Source: Kofleriaceae bacterium (GTDB taxonomy: Bacteria > Myxococcota_A > Polyangia > Haliangiales > Haliangiaceae). From it: a stretch of DNA of 64,000 nt. How positions within the stretch are numbered: the first letter of the stretch is position 1; each line of letters begins with the position of its first letter. The notes below the pieces were generated by a model that saw nothing but the letters and a program-made list of their open reading frames with translations, was not told the origin of the DNA and made no database searches. The position numbers and the translations under genes were made by a program. This document shows positions 45,297 to 56,008 of the stretch, piece after piece. The DNA lies in contig DATAPF010000683.1 of the NCBI GenBank assembly GCA_036265355.1, positions 35,457-99,456 on the forward strand, given 5' to 3'.

Positions 45297-46655
45297 TCAG
45301 CCCGGCGGGCGGCCGTCGCGCGCGGCGCGGGCCTCGGCGGTGTCGGGCACGCGCTCGTTGCGCCGCATCAGGATCGGGATCAGGAACTGCGCGACGGTGG
45401 CGAACACGTTGTGCGCCGGGTCGAGCATCTTGCCGATGCCCTGCGCGGTGATCAGCGCGACGAACACGAGCGTCATGTCGGGCACCGGGTGGACGTGGTA
45501 GCGGCGGCCGAGCGCGAACATCTCGCCGATCAGCTCGCCGTACTCGAGCTTGCCGACGTCCTTGGCGCGGAACCGGGCCGCGAACGCGGACACCTCGACG
45601 CGCAGCGCGTCCCAGTCGACCGTGCCCAGGTAGGTGTGGAACCGCTGGAGGTGGGCGAGCAGGTCGTCGGCGGTGCCCATCGCGATGCACTTGGTCATGT
45701 CGATGAACTGGAGCAGCACGTCGTCGTGCAGCTGCTTGGCGAGGCCGACGTCGAAGATCACCAGCGTGTCATCGTCCTGCACCACCATGTTGCCGGGGTG
45801 GAGGTCGGCGTGCACGAAGCCGTCCTCGAAGCACATCTTGCACATCACCTGGCGCAGCACGTCGGCGAGCCTGGTGGTGCGCCGCGGATCGCGGCCGGCG
45901 GGCAGCGCGTCGATCTTGGTGCCGCGCATGAACTGCATGGTCAGCACGCGCTCGCCGGACAGCTCGGTGATCACCTCGGGGAACGCGACGTCGCTGCGGC
46001 CGGCGAAGTTGGCGCGGAACCGCCGGTAGTTGTCGGCCTCGATCCGCAGATCGGTCTGGGCATGAATTGCCTCGACGAAGTGCCGGGTGTGCTCGACCGG
46101 ATCGTTGGCCCGCCAGCGCGGCCGGAGCGCGATCAGCCGCGCGCCGCCGAGCAGGATCGCCTGATCGCGCTCGACCTGGCGGCGCACGCCTGGCCGCAGC
46201 ACCTTGACCGCGATCTCGCGGCCGTCGCGCAGGTGGGCGCGGTGGACCTGGGCCACGCTGGCCGCGGCGACCGGCGCGGGCTCGAAGTCGGCGAACAGCT
46301 CGCCGAGCGGCCGGCCGAGCTCGGCCTCGACGGTCGCGCGGACCCGGCGGAACGGGAACGGCGGCAAGCGGTCCTGGAGCCGGCGCAGCTGGGTGATGAC
46401 CTCGGGCTCGAACAGGTCGGGCCGCGTGCTCATGACCTGGCCCAGCTTGATGAACGTGGCGCCGAGCGCGGTCATCGCCCAGCGCAGGACGATGCCGCGC
46501 AGCGCGGCGACCGACGGGGCACGCCGGGGGCCCCACACGAACAGGAAGATCGCGAGTCGTAGTGCCCCGTACATCACCCCGCATACCGTCACGACGAGCA
46601 CGAGCCACAGGAAGTGAACGAAGTTGCCCGGCCATCGCAGCACAGCGCGCCACAT
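45297..46655 (-). CDS. ubiB: ABC1/UbiB-family atypical protein kinase
   Basis: Start ATG 46655 (MWRAVLRWPGNF...). Motifs LGATFIKLGQVMSTRPDLF, ASVAQVHRA, IAVKVLRPG, GFVHADLHPGN and VIFDVG are typical ABC1/AarF motifs. The remainder of listed ORF 45297..48905 is antisense artefact. Confidence 0.85.
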   Translation of the reverse strand: MWRAVLRWPGNFVHFLWLVLVVTVCGVMYGALRLAIFLFVWGPRRAPSVAALRGIVLRWAMTALGATFIKLGQVMSTRPDLFEPEVITQLRRLQDRLPPFPFRRVRATVEAELGRPLGELFADFEPAPVAAASVAQVHRAHLRDGREIAVKVLRPGVRRQVERDQAILLGGARLIALRPRWRANDPVEHTRHFVEAIHAQTDLRIEADNYRRFRANFAGRSDVAFPEVITELSGERVLTMQFMRGTKIDALPAGRDPRRTTRLADVLRQVMCKMCFEDGFVHADLHPGNMVVQDDDTLVIFDVGLAKQLHDDVLLQFIDMTKCIAMGTADDLLAHLQRFHTYLGTVDWDALRVEVSAFAARFRAKDVGKLEYGELIGEMFALGRRYHVHPVPDMTLVFVALITAQGIGKMLDPAHNVFATVAQFLIPILMRRNERVPDTAEARAARDGRPPG

Positions 46656-46757
46656 GGTGACACAGCGCGCTGCCGCCGCACATGTGGCGCCGTGGCACAG
46701 GATCCGCGATGAGTTTCCAGGTCTTACGTTGGCCCCGGACTTGCGACGTGCGCGGAC

Positions 46758-47291
46758 ATGGACACGTTCCGGGCCAACATCGAGGACATCCGCCGCCGCG
46801 CGCTCGAGAAGATGGACGACGGTGCCGTCACCGCGTCCTACCGCGCCGATCGCGTCAAGGTGATCGACGTGCTGAACGAGGTACTTGCGACCGAGACGGT
46901 TTGCACGTTGCGTTATCGGAGCCATTATTTCATGGCCAAAGGAATTCACTCGTCCGGAGTGGAAGACGAGTTCCTCGAGCACGCACGACAGGAGCAGGAC
47001 CACGCCGACCGCGTCGCCAAGCGCATCACGGAGCTTGGTGGGAGGCCCAACCTCGACCCCGAGGGCCTCGCGACCCGCAGCCACGCCCAGTACGGCGAGG
47101 GCGAGGATCTGGAGGAGATGATCAAGGAGGATCTGGTCGCCGAGCGGATCGCGATCGCCACCTATTCCGAGATCGTGCGCTGGCTGGGGAACGATGACCC
47201 CACCACGCGGCGGATGATGGAGGAGATCCTCGCGACCGAAGAGGAGCACGCGGACGACATGGCAAAGCTGCTCTCCCGCGTCCGCAAGTGA
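46758..47291 (+). CDS. Bacterioferritin-like (ferritin-like di-iron) protein
   Basis: 177 aa. VIDVLNEVLATETVCTLRYRSHYFMAKG...EFLEHARQEQDHADRVAKRI..LGG.PNL...EEMIKEDLVAERIAI..Y......DPTTRRMMEEILATEEEHADDM aligns by eye with the Bfr helix pattern and metal ligands (E..H pairs). Confidence 0.85.
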   Translation: MDTFRANIEDIRRRALEKMDDGAVTASYRADRVKVIDVLNEVLATETVCTLRYRSHYFMAKGIHSSGVEDEFLEHARQEQDHADRVAKRITELGGRPNLDPEGLATRSHAQYGEGEDLEEMIKEDLVAERIAIATYSEIVRWLGNDDPTTRRMMEEILATEEEHADDMAKLLSRVRK

Positions 47292-47312
47292 TAAGTTTGG
47301 TCTGACAGGCCT

Positions 47313-48848
<1,536 letters not shown>

Positions 48849-48955
48849 GCGCCGCCTCGCCGGCTCGGGTGGCCACCGCGGCCTGCGCCGATCGGCAATC
48901 TTCACTGCACGCTTCCTGTTGCCAGGCGAGCCGGCTCTGCGCTACTCCTCCGGCG

Positions 48956-50218
48956 ATGAGGGGTCTTTCCGGATCGCTGATGGCGCTGGCGCTCGGCGCG
49001 GCCGGCTGCTCGGCGCGCATGGCGGATTCGCCCGACGCCGCGGCGCTGACCCCGATCCGGCACGTGGTCATCGTGGTCAAGGAGAACCACACGTTCGACA
49101 ACTACTTCGGCTCGTTTCCCGGCGCCGACGGCATCGCGCAGATCCCGACCAGCGCGGGCCTGATCGCGCCGCCGCACCCGCCTGACCTCACGCCGCGCGA
49201 CCTGTGCCACAACCACCGCTGCGCGCTGACCGACTACGCGGCCGGCGCGATGAACGGCTGGGAGCAGGTCGCGGGCGCGTCGACCGGCGGCGACAACCTG
49301 ATGTACGGCCAGTACACCGAGGCCGACATCCCCAACTACTGGCAGTACGCGCGCCGGTTCACGCTCGCCGACCGGTTCTTCGCCGACGTGCTCGGCCCGA
49401 GCTTCCCGGGGCACAGCTTCGTGCTCGCCGCCCAGGCGGCGTGGGCGAGCGGCAACCCGGACACCGACCTCGGCCACCCGTACTGGGGATGCGACCAGTA
49501 CCCCAGCGCGCGGGTGACCGTCGAGGATCCGCGCGCAGGTGCACCGGCGCAGATGTTCCCGTGCTTCGACATCCCGAGCCTGCCCGACGTCCTGCCACCC
49601 GGCGTCAACTGGCGGTTCTACGGCTCGAACTTCTACGTGCTCGGCGAGGTCTGGTCGATGTTCGACGCGATCAAGTCGATCCGGATGGGGCCGGGCTGGG
49701 CGCACGTGGTCGACGCGACGACGTTCGACCTCGATGTCGACCACGGCGCGCTGCCCGAGGTCAGCTGGCTGGTCGACCAGGATCTCGACGACGAGCACCC
49801 GGGCTACGGCAGCGTGTGCCTCGGCGAGAACTGGACGGTGGGCCACCTCAACCACCTGATGAACAGCCCGCTGTGGCAGGACACCGTGATCCTGTTCACG
49901 ATGGACGACTTCGGCGGCTGGTACGATCACGTCGCCCCGCCGCGCCAGTACGGGCTCGATCCGGCCAGCCCCTATGGCCTCGGGTTCCGGCTGCCGCTGA
50001 TCGTCATCTCGCCCTATGCCCGGCCCGGCTTCGTGTTCCACGAGGTCAGCGAGCAGGCCAGCATCCCGCGGTTCATCGAGCGCGTGTTCGGCGCCCCGGC
50101 GCTGTCGACGCTCGATCCCGCCGCCCAGGACGGTCAGGCCAACGACCTGCTCGGCGCGTTCGACTTCACGCAGGCGCCGCTGCCGCCGCTGGCGTTGCCG
50201 CTGCGCGCCTGCATGTAG
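48956..50218 (+). CDS. Phosphoesterase-family lipoprotein (phospholipase C / acid phosphatase AcpA family)
   Basis: ATG 48956 gives [18 protein letters not shown] (lipobox). [20 protein letters not shown] is the family signature. [12 protein letters not shown] lies downstream. Confidence 0.85.
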   Translation: MRGLSGSLMALALGAAGCSARMADSPDAAALTPIRHVVIVVKENHTFDNYFGSFPGADGIAQIPTSAGLIAPPHPPDLTPRDLCHNHRCALTDYAAGAMNGWEQVAGASTGGDNLMYGQYTEADIPNYWQYARRFTLADRFFADVLGPSFPGHSFVLAAQAAWASGNPDTDLGHPYWGCDQYPSARVTVEDPRAGAPAQMFPCFDIPSLPDVLPPGVNWRFYGSNFYVLGEVWSMFDAIKSIRMGPGWAHVVDATTFDLDVDHGALPEVSWLVDQDLDDEHPGYGSVCLGENWTVGHLNHLMNSPLWQDTVILFTMDDFGGWYDHVAPPRQYGLDPASPYGLGFRLPLIVISPYARPGFVFHEVSEQASIPRFIERVFGAPALSTLDPAAQDGQANDLLGAFDFTQAPLPPLALPLRACM

Positions 50219-50270
50219 CGCCGGTGCGGGTCCGCCATGCCGGCGCCCGACTGATCTCAGCACGCGGCGG

Positions 50271-51854
50271 TCACGGGATCGACTTGATCGGCAGCGCGAC
50301 GCGGAACGTGGTGCCGGCGATCGATGACGACGTGACATCGATCGTGCCGCCGTGCGCATGCACGATCTCGCGCACGATGTAGAGGCCCAGGCCGAGGCCG
50401 CCGGGATGCGCGCTGCCTCGCCCGCGCTGGAACGGGTCGAATAGCGTCTCGATCACGTCGGGCGGGATCGGCGCGCCGCGGAGCGGGTTCGAGATCGCGA
50501 TCGTTGCGACACCGTCGGCGAACGCGAGCTCGACTGTCACCGGGCCACCGGCCTTGCCGTACTGCGCGGCATTGCCGGCGAGGTTCGCGATCACCTGACC
50601 GAGGCGGTCGCCGTCCCACGCGCCCTCGACATCGTCGCCGCGCAGCTCGAACGCGGTGGTCCGGTAAGCGAGCCGTAGCTCGTCGAGCACACCGGCGGTC
50701 AGCGGCCGCAGCCGCACGGCATGGCGCTCGACCGGGATCCCGGTGCCGAGCCGCGCCCGGGTGACGTCGAGCAGCTGATCGATGATCGTCGTCATCCGGC
50801 GCGCGCTGTTCTCGAGCCGCCCGAGCACGCGCTCGTTCGCCGGATCGGTGGTCCGGGCGCGCAGCAGCTCGATCCCGGTGCTCATCGCGGCCAGCGGGTT
50901 GCGAAGGTCGTGACCGACGATGCCAAGCATCTCCTCGTGGAACCGCGTCGTGGCGCGCTCGGCCTCGAACCGGATCGCGGCTTCGAGCGCCAGGCCGGTG
51001 TGCTCGAGGCAGGTCTGGATCGCCACGAGGTCGTCGGCATCGAACGGCTCGGATGGATGATCGCGGGTCGCCGTGATCGCGCCGTGCGCGAGCCCGCGCA
51101 CCGGGATCGCCATCACCGCGAGGCCGCGGAGCCCGCACGCGCGAATGTAGTCGCCGTGGCTGGCCGGAAGCTCGGCGAGCGCCTGCGCGGGAGTGGCGAA
51201 CGCATGGACCGCCGGATCGGTGATGCCGGCGAGCGAGCGCAGCAGCTCCGCGCCGCGCTCGGTGCGGTGCTGTGTGATCGAGCTGCCGGCGCCGGCGCCG
51301 GCGAGCAGGGTCGCGGCGCAGCCATCGCACAGGTTGTCGACCAGCACGCTCGCCAGCGCGCGCAGGATCGCGTCGACGTCGCTGCCGGCCTGGAGCAGCG
51401 CGCGCCCGAGCTTGTTGATCGCGGACATCCGCAGCCGCTCGCGCTCGGCCGCCTGCTTGACCTGATACTCGCGCAGGATCGCCCCGACGCGCGCGCGCAG
51501 CTCCTCGGGCGCGAACGGCTTGGCGACGTAGTCGTTGGCGCCGCTGTCGAGCGCACACACGATGTCCTGGGTCTCGATGCGCGACGCGGTGAGGATGATG
51601 ATCGGGAGCTCCCGGGTGGCCGGGTGGGCGCGGAGGAACCGGCACACCTCGTCTCCCGACAGGCCCGGCATCACCCAGTCGACGATCAGGAGATCCGGCA
51701 GCCTGGGCGTCTCGCACAGCCGCTGGATGACGGTCGCGCCATCGCCGAAGCGCTCGAACTCATACCCGGTGCCGAGCGCGTGCTCGGTGAGCGCCACCTG
51801 GGTCCGACTGTCGTCGGCCAGCCAGATCAGAGGAAGTCTTGACGTTTCAGGCAC
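50271..51854 (-). CDS. Response-regulator receiver - GAF-like - HisKA - HATPase_c sensor kinase (last gene of the che operon)
   Basis: Receiver is LIWLADDS...DLLIVDWVMPGLSGDEV...ANDYVAKPF. H-box is IVGHDLRNPLAAM. The ATPase region is GGLGLGLYIVREIVHAHGG. Start GTG 51854 (8-nt overlap with cheB) is preferred over listed ATG 51914; it remains uncertain. Confidence 0.85.
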   Translation of the reverse strand: MPETSRLPLIWLADDSRTQVALTEHALGTGYEFERFGDGATVIQRLCETPRLPDLLIVDWVMPGLSGDEVCRFLRAHPATRELPIIILTASRIETQDIVCALDSGANDYVAKPFAPEELRARVGAILREYQVKQAAERERLRMSAINKLGRALLQAGSDVDAILRALASVLVDNLCDGCAATLLAGAGAGSSITQHRTERGAELLRSLAGITDPAVHAFATPAQALAELPASHGDYIRACGLRGLAVMAIPVRGLAHGAITATRDHPSEPFDADDLVAIQTCLEHTGLALEAAIRFEAERATTRFHEEMLGIVGHDLRNPLAAMSTGIELLRARTTDPANERVLGRLENSARRMTTIIDQLLDVTRARLGTGIPVERHAVRLRPLTAGVLDELRLAYRTTAFELRGDDVEGAWDGDRLGQVIANLAGNAAQYGKAGGPVTVELAFADGVATIAISNPLRGAPIPPDVIETLFDPFQRGRGSAHPGGLGLGLYIVREIVHAHGGTIDVTSSSIAGTTFRVALPIKSIP

Positions 51855-52860
51855 GATTGGCGATCTCCCGCGCCATCTGGTCGAGCGGCACCGCCTCGGC
51901 GCCGAGGCCGGCATCGAACACGCTGCGCGGCATACCGTACACCACGCAGGTCGATGCCGCCTCGGTGAGCAGGCTGCCGCCGGCGGCGGCGATGCTGCGC
52001 GCCCCCTCGAGCCCGTCGTCGCCCATCCCGGTCAGCACCACGCCGAGCGCGCCGGATCCGACCGCCGCGGCGCCGGTGCGAAACAGCTCGTTGACCGACG
52101 GGATGAACGACTGCATCGGCAGCGCCGCGAGCCGGGCCCGCAGCGCGGTGCCGTCGCGCTCGACATGCAGGTGCATGCCGGCGCGCGCGATCGCGACGAG
52201 CCCGGGGACGAGCTCGAGGCCGTCGTGGGCCTCGACGACACGCAGCGCCGTCAACTTGTCGAGCCGCGCGGCGAGCCCCAGGGTATAGCCGTACGGGATG
52301 TGCAGCACCACGGCGACCGGCGCGCGGAGCTGCGCCGGCAGGCCCGCGATCAGCAGGGTCAGCGCCTGCGGGCCGCCGGTCGAGGTCCCGACCATGATCA
52401 GCTGTGCGGCCGGGCCGCGCGCCAGGCGCGGGCGCTCCACCGGCGCTGCCGGCGCGACCAGCGCGCGCGACACCGCGATCACCTTTGCGACCAGCTCGTC
52501 GCCGAGCTCGGTCAGGCGCTCGCTGGCGAGGGCGGTCGGCTTGGTGATCACGTCCACCGCCCCGAGCGCGAGCGCCTCGCCCCCGAGCTCGGTATCGATG
52601 CTCGAGATGCTGACCACGAGGGCGCGCGGCCGCTTGCGGCCCGCCAGGGCGCGCAGCACGGCGAGGCCATCGACGTCGGGCATCGTCAGATCGAGCGTGA
52701 TCACGTCGGGATCGAGCGCGGCGATCTGGTCGAGCGCGTCGCGGCCATCGCGCGCCGTGGCGACGACGTCGATCTCGCCGCTCGCCCGCAGCACGCGCGA
52801 CAGCACGGTGCGCGCGAACGCGGAGTCGTCGATCACGAGCACGCGCGGCCGGCGGGTCAC
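51847..52860 (-). CDS. cheB: Chemotaxis response regulator protein-glutamate methylesterase CheB
   Basis: GTG 52860 gives VTRRPRVLVIDDSAFARTVL (receiver). The esterase motifs are MVGTSTGGPQAL and GMGDDG. GTGA overlap with the cheR stop. The upstream part of listed ORF 51847..53679 is rejected. Confidence 0.9.
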   Translation of the reverse strand: MTRRPRVLVIDDSAFARTVLSRVLRASGEIDVVATARDGRDALDQIAALDPDVITLDLTMPDVDGLAVLRALAGRKRPRALVVSISSIDTELGGEALALGAVDVITKPTALASERLTELGDELVAKVIAVSRALVAPAAPVERPRLARGPAAQLIMVGTSTGGPQALTLLIAGLPAQLRAPVAVVLHIPYGYTLGLAARLDKLTALRVVEAHDGLELVPGLVAIARAGMHLHVERDGTALRARLAALPMQSFIPSVNELFRTGAAAVGSGALGVVLTGMGDDGLEGARSIAAAGGSLLTEAASTCVVYGMPRSVFDAGLGAEAVPLDQMAREIANRA

Positions 52861-53669
52861 GGGGCGCTCCGGTAGAAGAACGACCGGCCGCGCTCCTCGC
52901 AGACCAGCCGGGTGCCGAACCGCAGCAGCGACTCGGAGGCGCCGACCGCGATCAGGCCGCCGGGCGCGAGGTGCTCGGTGAGCCGGTCGATGACCCGGAG
53001 AATCTGGTCCTCGTGGAAGTAGATCAACACGTTGCGGCACAGGATGACGTCGAACCGGCCCAGCCCCGGCGCCGCGGGACCGACCAGGTTCAGGGCCGAG
53101 AACTGGACGGCGCCACGGATCCGCGGCGCGACGGCCACGCCGTGTGCACCGGCCTCGGTGTAGCGCGCCGCCAGCTCCACGGGATGGCCGTCGCGGAGCG
53201 CGCGGCGGCCGAGCTTGCCCTGGCGCGCGCGCTCGATCACCGCCGGGCTGATGTCGGTCGCGACGATGTCGACGGCGTCGAGCACGCCGCGGGCATCGAG
53301 CAGCATCGCCAGGGTATAGGGCTCCTCGCCGGTCGAGCACGCGGCGGACCACGCCCGGGCCCGCCGGCCGGCGCGGACGATCGGCACGAGCTGGCCGTCG
53401 ACCAGCTCGGTCAGCGCATCGACCTCGCGGAACAGGTAGGTCTCGTGAACGAGCAACGCCTCGACCAAGCTGGCGAGCTCGGCGCCGGTCGCGTCGTCGT
53501 AGCGCAGCCGGTAGTAGTAGTCGAGCAGCGCATCGTGGCCGCGCTCGCTGGCGTGCGCGATCAGCTTGGACGCGAACAGCTCGCGGTCGGCCGCCGCGTA
53601 GTGCAATCCAGCGGTCTGCTCGACGAGGCCCGCGAACACGGCAAACAGCTGGGGCGACAGGCCGGTCAC
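52857..53669 (-). CDS. cheR: Chemotaxis protein methyltransferase CheR
   Basis: 270 aa. Motifs HETYLFRE, AWSAACSTGEEPYTLAM and VILCRNVLIYF are present. GTGA overlap with the upstream HEAT-protein stop. Confidence 0.9.
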   Translation of the reverse strand: MTGLSPQLFAVFAGLVEQTAGLHYAAADRELFASKLIAHASERGHDALLDYYYRLRYDDATGAELASLVEALLVHETYLFREVDALTELVDGQLVPIVRAGRRARAWSAACSTGEEPYTLAMLLDARGVLDAVDIVATDISPAVIERARQGKLGRRALRDGHPVELAARYTEAGAHGVAVAPRIRGAVQFSALNLVGPAAPGLGRFDVILCRNVLIYFHEDQILRVIDRLTEHLAPGGLIAVGASESLLRFGTRLVCEERGRSFFYRSAP

Positions 53670-56008
53670 GGTGGATCACTGCTCATCGCCGCGCAGACCC
53701 GGCGGACCTCGGGATCCAGATCGCCGAGCGCAAGCGCGGTGACCGCCGGGCGTGCCCCGTCGGCGCCGATCCCGATCAGCGCCGCCGCGGCAGCGCGGCG
53801 GACGGCAGGGCTGGAGGACCGGAGCGCCTCGAACAGCGCGCCGGTGGCGAGCTCGTCGCCCATCCGCGCGAGGGCGGCGGTCAACAGGCCGGCGGCGCGC
53901 TCGTCGGCGGTCGCGAGCCGGACCGCGATCGCGTGGACCCGGGCCGCGCCGGGCCGCGACAGCGTCAGGTGCACCGGGTGCTCGAGGTCGATCGCCAGCG
54001 CGAGCTCGACGAGCGCCGCGCTGGCCGGCGGATCGATGCGGTCGCCGAGCAGTGACAGCGCCGCCTCGCGCTCGCCGGGGTCCTCGCCCGACGCCGCGGC
54101 GATCAGCGCCGCGATCGCCTCGGGCTCGGCGCGGCGCCCCAGGCCGGCCAGCGCGATCAGCCGGGTGGCGCCGTCCGGCGAGCCGACGGCCTCGCGCAGG
54201 AAGCCGAGCACCTCGTCGTTCGCGCGCTGCGCCATGCTGGTGAGTGCCGCGCGCCGCTCGTCCAGATCCGACGAGCGGATCGCGGTACACAGCGCCTGCC
54301 ACGCCGCGGGCGTCGCGATCCGCGCGAGCGCCTCGATCGCCGCGACCCGCACGTGTGGCGTCGCGTCGGCCAGCCGGCCAATGACCAGCGCGGTCGTCGC
54401 GCCGTCGCCGATCCGCCCCAGGCCCTGGCATGCGTAGTACCGGACCCACGCGGCATCGTCGGCGAGCCCGCGTTCGAGCACCCGCCGCGCGGCGTCGCCA
54501 CCGCGGTGCCCCACCGCGCGCATGGTCGCGGCCCGGATCGCTTCGCGGGCATCGCCTGCGAGGCGGTCGAGCGCCGGTTCGACCCGGGGATCGATCATCA
54601 TGCCGATCGCGCCGACCGCGAGCTCGGCGATCCGCGGGTCGCGATCATCGGTCGCCTCGAGCACCGGGGCGAACGCCTCGGCGAACCCCATGTACGCGAT
54701 GATCCGCAGCGCGTGGCGGCGCACCGCCGGCGACCCCGAGCGCAGCGCCGCGATCGTCCGCGCCGCGGTGTCCGCCACGCCGAGCGACTGGATCGCGGCG
54801 GTTGCGGCGTGGCCGACCCGCGGGCTGGGGTCGGCGAGCGCGGCGAACAGCTGCGGCACCGCCGACGTATCGCCGATGCGCGCCAGCGCCTCGCAGGCTT
54901 GCGCCCGCACCTCCGGATCGTCGTCGCCGAGCAGCGCGCGCACGCCATCGGCGGCACGCAGGGTGTGGACCACCGGGAGCACGGCGGCGCGAGTCGCCGG
55001 ATCCGCGCTGGTCAGCGCCTCGACCAGCGCGTCATCCCGGTGCCGCGTGATCCGCTGGATCGCGTCGGTCACCGCAAGCCGCGCATCCGGGTCGTCGAGC
55101 AGGCGCGACAGGTCTGGCAGCACGCCGGCATCGCCGATCCGGCCCAGCACCACCGCGATCGCATTGCGCTCGGCGGGGTCGGCCGCGCGCAGCGCCGCGA
55201 CGAACCGCGCGGCGAATGGCCCGATCACGGCGCGCAGCACCTCGCCGGCGTGGTCGGCCGCGCCGTGCCACTCGGCGCGCACGACCAGATCGGCCAGGGC
55301 GAGCGCCACCAGCCGCACGATCGCGTCGCCGGCGCGGCGCAGCAGCGCCGACAGCGGGCGGATCGCCTGGGCGTAGCCGGAGCGACCGAGCGCGCGCGCG
55401 GCCTCGATGCGATAGGTGTCATCGTCGAGCAGTCGCGCGAGCGGCGCCACGACGCGCGGATCACCGGCGCGCGCCAGCACCTGGAGCGCCGGGAACGTGC
55501 GGAAGAAGTTGCGCCGGTCGAGCACGTCGATCAGCGCGTCGATCACGCTGGCACCGCCGATCGCGCCGAGCGCCTCGATCGCGGCGACCGCGACGTTATC
55601 GTCGGGATGCTCGAGCAGCCCGGCGAGCGCGGGCGCGGCCTCGACCGCGCTGCGGCGGCCCAGGATCTGCGCCGCGTCGGCGGCAACCGCCGGGCGCGGA
55701 TCACCGAGCAGCCCCGCGACCTGGGCGCTCGCCGACGCGCCGACCGACGCCGACAGCGCATCGACCGCGGCAGCGATCACACGCTCCGAGGAGCGCTGGT
55801 GGCGCAGCCAGCCGCACAGCGGACCGACCGCGTCATCGCCGAGCGCCGCCAGCCCGGCGACCACGGCGCGGCGGACCGTCCAGCTCGCGTCGGCCAGGCT
55901 GGCGATCAGCTCGCCGACGCTGGCCGCGCCGACCAGCACGAGCCGGTCGATCCGCTCGATCCGGCGGTGCTCGGCGTCGGTCAGGCTCAGGGCGCGCGGT
56001 GAGGTCAT
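53666..56008 (-). CDS. HEAT-repeat (PBS-lyase-like) protein embedded in the che operon
   Basis: 780 aa composed almost entirely of about 31-aa units of the type D(P/A)..VR..A..ALG.IGD..A...L...L.D. ATGA overlap with the mcp stop. Confidence 0.9.
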   Translation of the reverse strand: MTSPRALSLTDAEHRRIERIDRLVLVGAASVGELIASLADASWTVRRAVVAGLAALGDDAVGPLCGWLRHQRSSERVIAAAVDALSASVGASASAQVAGLLGDPRPAVAADAAQILGRRSAVEAAPALAGLLEHPDDNVAVAAIEALGAIGGASVIDALIDVLDRRNFFRTFPALQVLARAGDPRVVAPLARLLDDDTYRIEAARALGRSGYAQAIRPLSALLRRAGDAIVRLVALALADLVVRAEWHGAADHAGEVLRAVIGPFAARFVAALRAADPAERNAIAVVLGRIGDAGVLPDLSRLLDDPDARLAVTDAIQRITRHRDDALVEALTSADPATRAAVLPVVHTLRAADGVRALLGDDDPEVRAQACEALARIGDTSAVPQLFAALADPSPRVGHAATAAIQSLGVADTAARTIAALRSGSPAVRRHALRIIAYMGFAEAFAPVLEATDDRDPRIAELAVGAIGMMIDPRVEPALDRLAGDAREAIRAATMRAVGHRGGDAARRVLERGLADDAAWVRYYACQGLGRIGDGATTALVIGRLADATPHVRVAAIEALARIATPAAWQALCTAIRSSDLDERRAALTSMAQRANDEVLGFLREAVGSPDGATRLIALAGLGRRAEPEAIAALIAAASGEDPGEREAALSLLGDRIDPPASAALVELALAIDLEHPVHLTLSRPGAARVHAIAVRLATADERAAGLLTAALARMGDELATGALFEALRSSSPAVRRAAAAALIGIGADGARPAVTALALGDLDPEVRRVCAAMSSDPP

